Positions 16,083-17,063 of a stretch of DNA of 17,063 nt are shown here, in pieces; position 1 is the stretch's first letter; the number at the start of each line of letters is the position of its first letter. This stretch comes from Bdellovibrionia bacterium (GTDB lineage Bacteria > Bdellovibrionota > UBA1018). The notes below the pieces were generated by a model. The model was not told the origin of the DNA. It saw nothing but the letters and a program-made list of their open reading frames with translations, and searched no databases. The stretch spans positions 1 through 17,063 of the forward strand of contig JBJMMA010000123.1 of NCBI GenBank assembly GCA_045805065.1. The letters run 5' to 3'. The position numbers and the translations under genes are program-made.

Positions 16083-16157
16083 TGGAGCGTAGCTCAGTGG
16101 CAGAGCATCGCCTTCACACGGCGAGGGTCGCTGGTTCAACCCCAGTCGCTCCAACCA
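16083..16157 (+). tRNA. tRNA-Val (anticodon CAC)
   Basis: Full cloverleaf: acceptor TGGAGCG/CGCTCCA, D stem GCTC/GAGC, anticodon stem TCGCC/GGCGA with loop TTCACAC (CAC at 16115-16117), T stem GCTGG/CCAGT with loop TTCAACC, discriminator A, encoded CCA. Confidence 0.96.
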
Positions 16158-16215
16158 TTTTAAAAATAAAAAGGGCTTCCAAGCGCAAGCGAGGAGGCCC
16201 TTTTTATTTTTAAAA
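16158..16215. terminator. Long bidirectional terminator-like hairpin directly after the tRNA
   Basis: 23-bp arms TTTTAAAAATAAAAAGGGCTTCC / GGAGGCCCTTTTTATTTTTAAAA (one G-U pair), capped by GC-GCAA-GC. Confidence 0.8.
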
Positions 16216-16322
16216 GGTTTGAGTGAAAGGGAGTGGAAGCAGCGACAGAGCGTCTCGGAACGAGATGCGGCGCTGGTTCAAAAAATGGCCATGACGGCCA
16301 TTTTTCACGCGCCATAGGCGCG
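16216..16322. repeat. tRNA-linked structured element: inverted degenerate copy of the tRNA 3' half plus stacked hairpins
   Basis: 16216-16246 matches the reverse complement of 16127-16156 at 24/30 positions with one gap. Hairpins at 16250-16268, 16281-16305 and 16308-16322. Confidence 0.7.
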
Positions 16323-16338
16323 CAACTGTTGGATCGAC

Positions 16339-16743
16339 TCAGCGCAATTTAATTTTTCTCGCACGTCGAACAGGTGGGATCTTCATGAATAAGATGAAAA
16401 TCAAAAGTCCGACTGCAAGATAACAGATCGTAAAAGCCCAAGTCGGAAAATCATAGTAGAGAACGCGGCCAACCCAATACTCGATGAACGACGCTCCTCC
16501 GTAAGAGGATTGTTTTGCTGATTGGCGAAGCATGTTCTCTAAAAGAGTCAGTGGACAAATCCAATCCAGGAGAGCTTCCGCAGCCACAATACCAATCATA
16601 GCAAGATGCGCTACCCGCAATGGGAAGCTCCTGATCCAATGCCAATTTCTTCGGGCACCCATTAGGATGAGAGGAATGGGAATGATAATAGCCAACACCC
16701 AGAGGAAATGAACAATCAGTACAATGTCAGCAAAATTGCTCAC
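16339..16743 (-). CDS. DUF2784 family membrane protein
   Basis: ADIVLIVHFLWV, LRVAHL, WICPLTLLENMLR, Y..SFIEYWVGRVLYYD. Three hydrophobic segments and a GTG start. Confidence 0.85.
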   Translation of the reverse strand: MSNFADIVLIVHFLWVLAIIIPIPLILMGARRNWHWIRSFPLRVAHLAMIGIVAAEALLDWICPLTLLENMLRQSAKQSSYGGASFIEYWVGRVLYYDFPTWAFTICYLAVGLLIFILFMKIPPVRRARKIKLR

Positions 16744-16772
16744 AGAGTTGGCACGCCTCCTCAGAGGAGAGT

Positions 16773-16788
16773 CGCAAGGAAGGTGCCA
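16773..16788 (-). promoter_or_regulatory. Candidate sigma54 promoter of the DUF2784 gene
   Basis: Minus-strand TGGCACCTTCCTTGCG is near consensus. Predicted TSS ~16762, at the start of GAGGAGG. Confidence 0.7.
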
Positions 16789-16790
16789 CT

Positions 16791-17063
16791 TTAAAAAGCA
16801 GCCCCACCAAATATCCTGATTTTCGTCTCGCCTGAAGCCCCCTCAAGGACCGGGTTGGTTGCCTTGCGTTTGTTCAATCCTTGAAAGACCGCTTCCGTCC
16901 CGACATAGAAATTTTGCCCGAGATTTTTCCGGACTTCGGTTTTGATCGCGTTCACCGCTCCAGGCTTGCCATCGCTTCCGATGCCTCCGCTGTAACGACC
17001 CAGATGCATCGACACCAGAATTTTGGCTGTATCGCTGATCGTCTGATGAACCGTTCCGGTGAC
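16791..17063 (-). CDS. Partial CDS (3' end), probable outer-membrane beta-barrel protein
   Basis: The frame stays open to the window edge (VTGTVHQTISDTAKILVSMHLGRY...). It shows alternating amphipathic strands and ends KIRIFGGAAF with a terminal Phe. Confidence 0.55.
   Translation of the reverse strand, partial: VTGTVHQTISDTAKILVSMHLGRYSGGIGSDGKPGAVNAIKTEVRKNLGQNFYVGTEAVFQGLNKRKATNPVLEGASGETKIRIFGGAAF

Noticed and set aside
16749..16765. Plus-strand TTGGCACG as another sigma54 -24 box
   Set aside because: No GC at the -12 position, and it points antisense into the neighbouring gene.
16158..17063. Genomic island or prophage integrated at tRNA-Val
   Set aside because: No integrase and no direct repeat of the tRNA 3' terminus within the window. 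Only the inverted copy and an 11-nt internal match are seen.

Overview
Ordinary bacterial chromosomal segment with no integrase, transposase, CRISPR array or defence genes. Gene content hints at Bdellovibrionota/Oligoflexia, but that is inference only. The core (4040-12446) is a tryptophan/kynurenine catabolic cluster. On the minus strand is a translationally coupled operon: kynB, 2-aminomuconate semialdehyde dehydrogenase, RidA-type deaminase, nbaC, ACMSD, kynU, kmo. It is divergent from a 2-keto-4-pentenoate hydratase / 4-oxalocrotonate decarboxylase pair. The left flank holds a partial GST-like gene, a secreted hypothetical protein, a divergent ComM/YifB ATPase and a probably leaderless GHKL-ATPase-like gene. 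The right flank holds an orphan OmpR-family regulator, a very basic KGG-motif mini-protein, a lipoprotein, a GP42/transglutaminase-elicitor-like lipoprotein, tRNA-Val(CAC), a DUF2784 gene and a partial probable outer-membrane protein. The most unusual signals are: (1) a degenerate antisense copy of the tRNA 3' half just downstream, forming a ~120-bp palindrome with an alternative pairing partner; (2) five sigma54-type -24/-12 motifs in front of accessory genes; (3) a protamine-like KGG protein with no acidic residues; (4) a transglutaminase-like lipoprotein with Cys-Asn in place of Cys-His.
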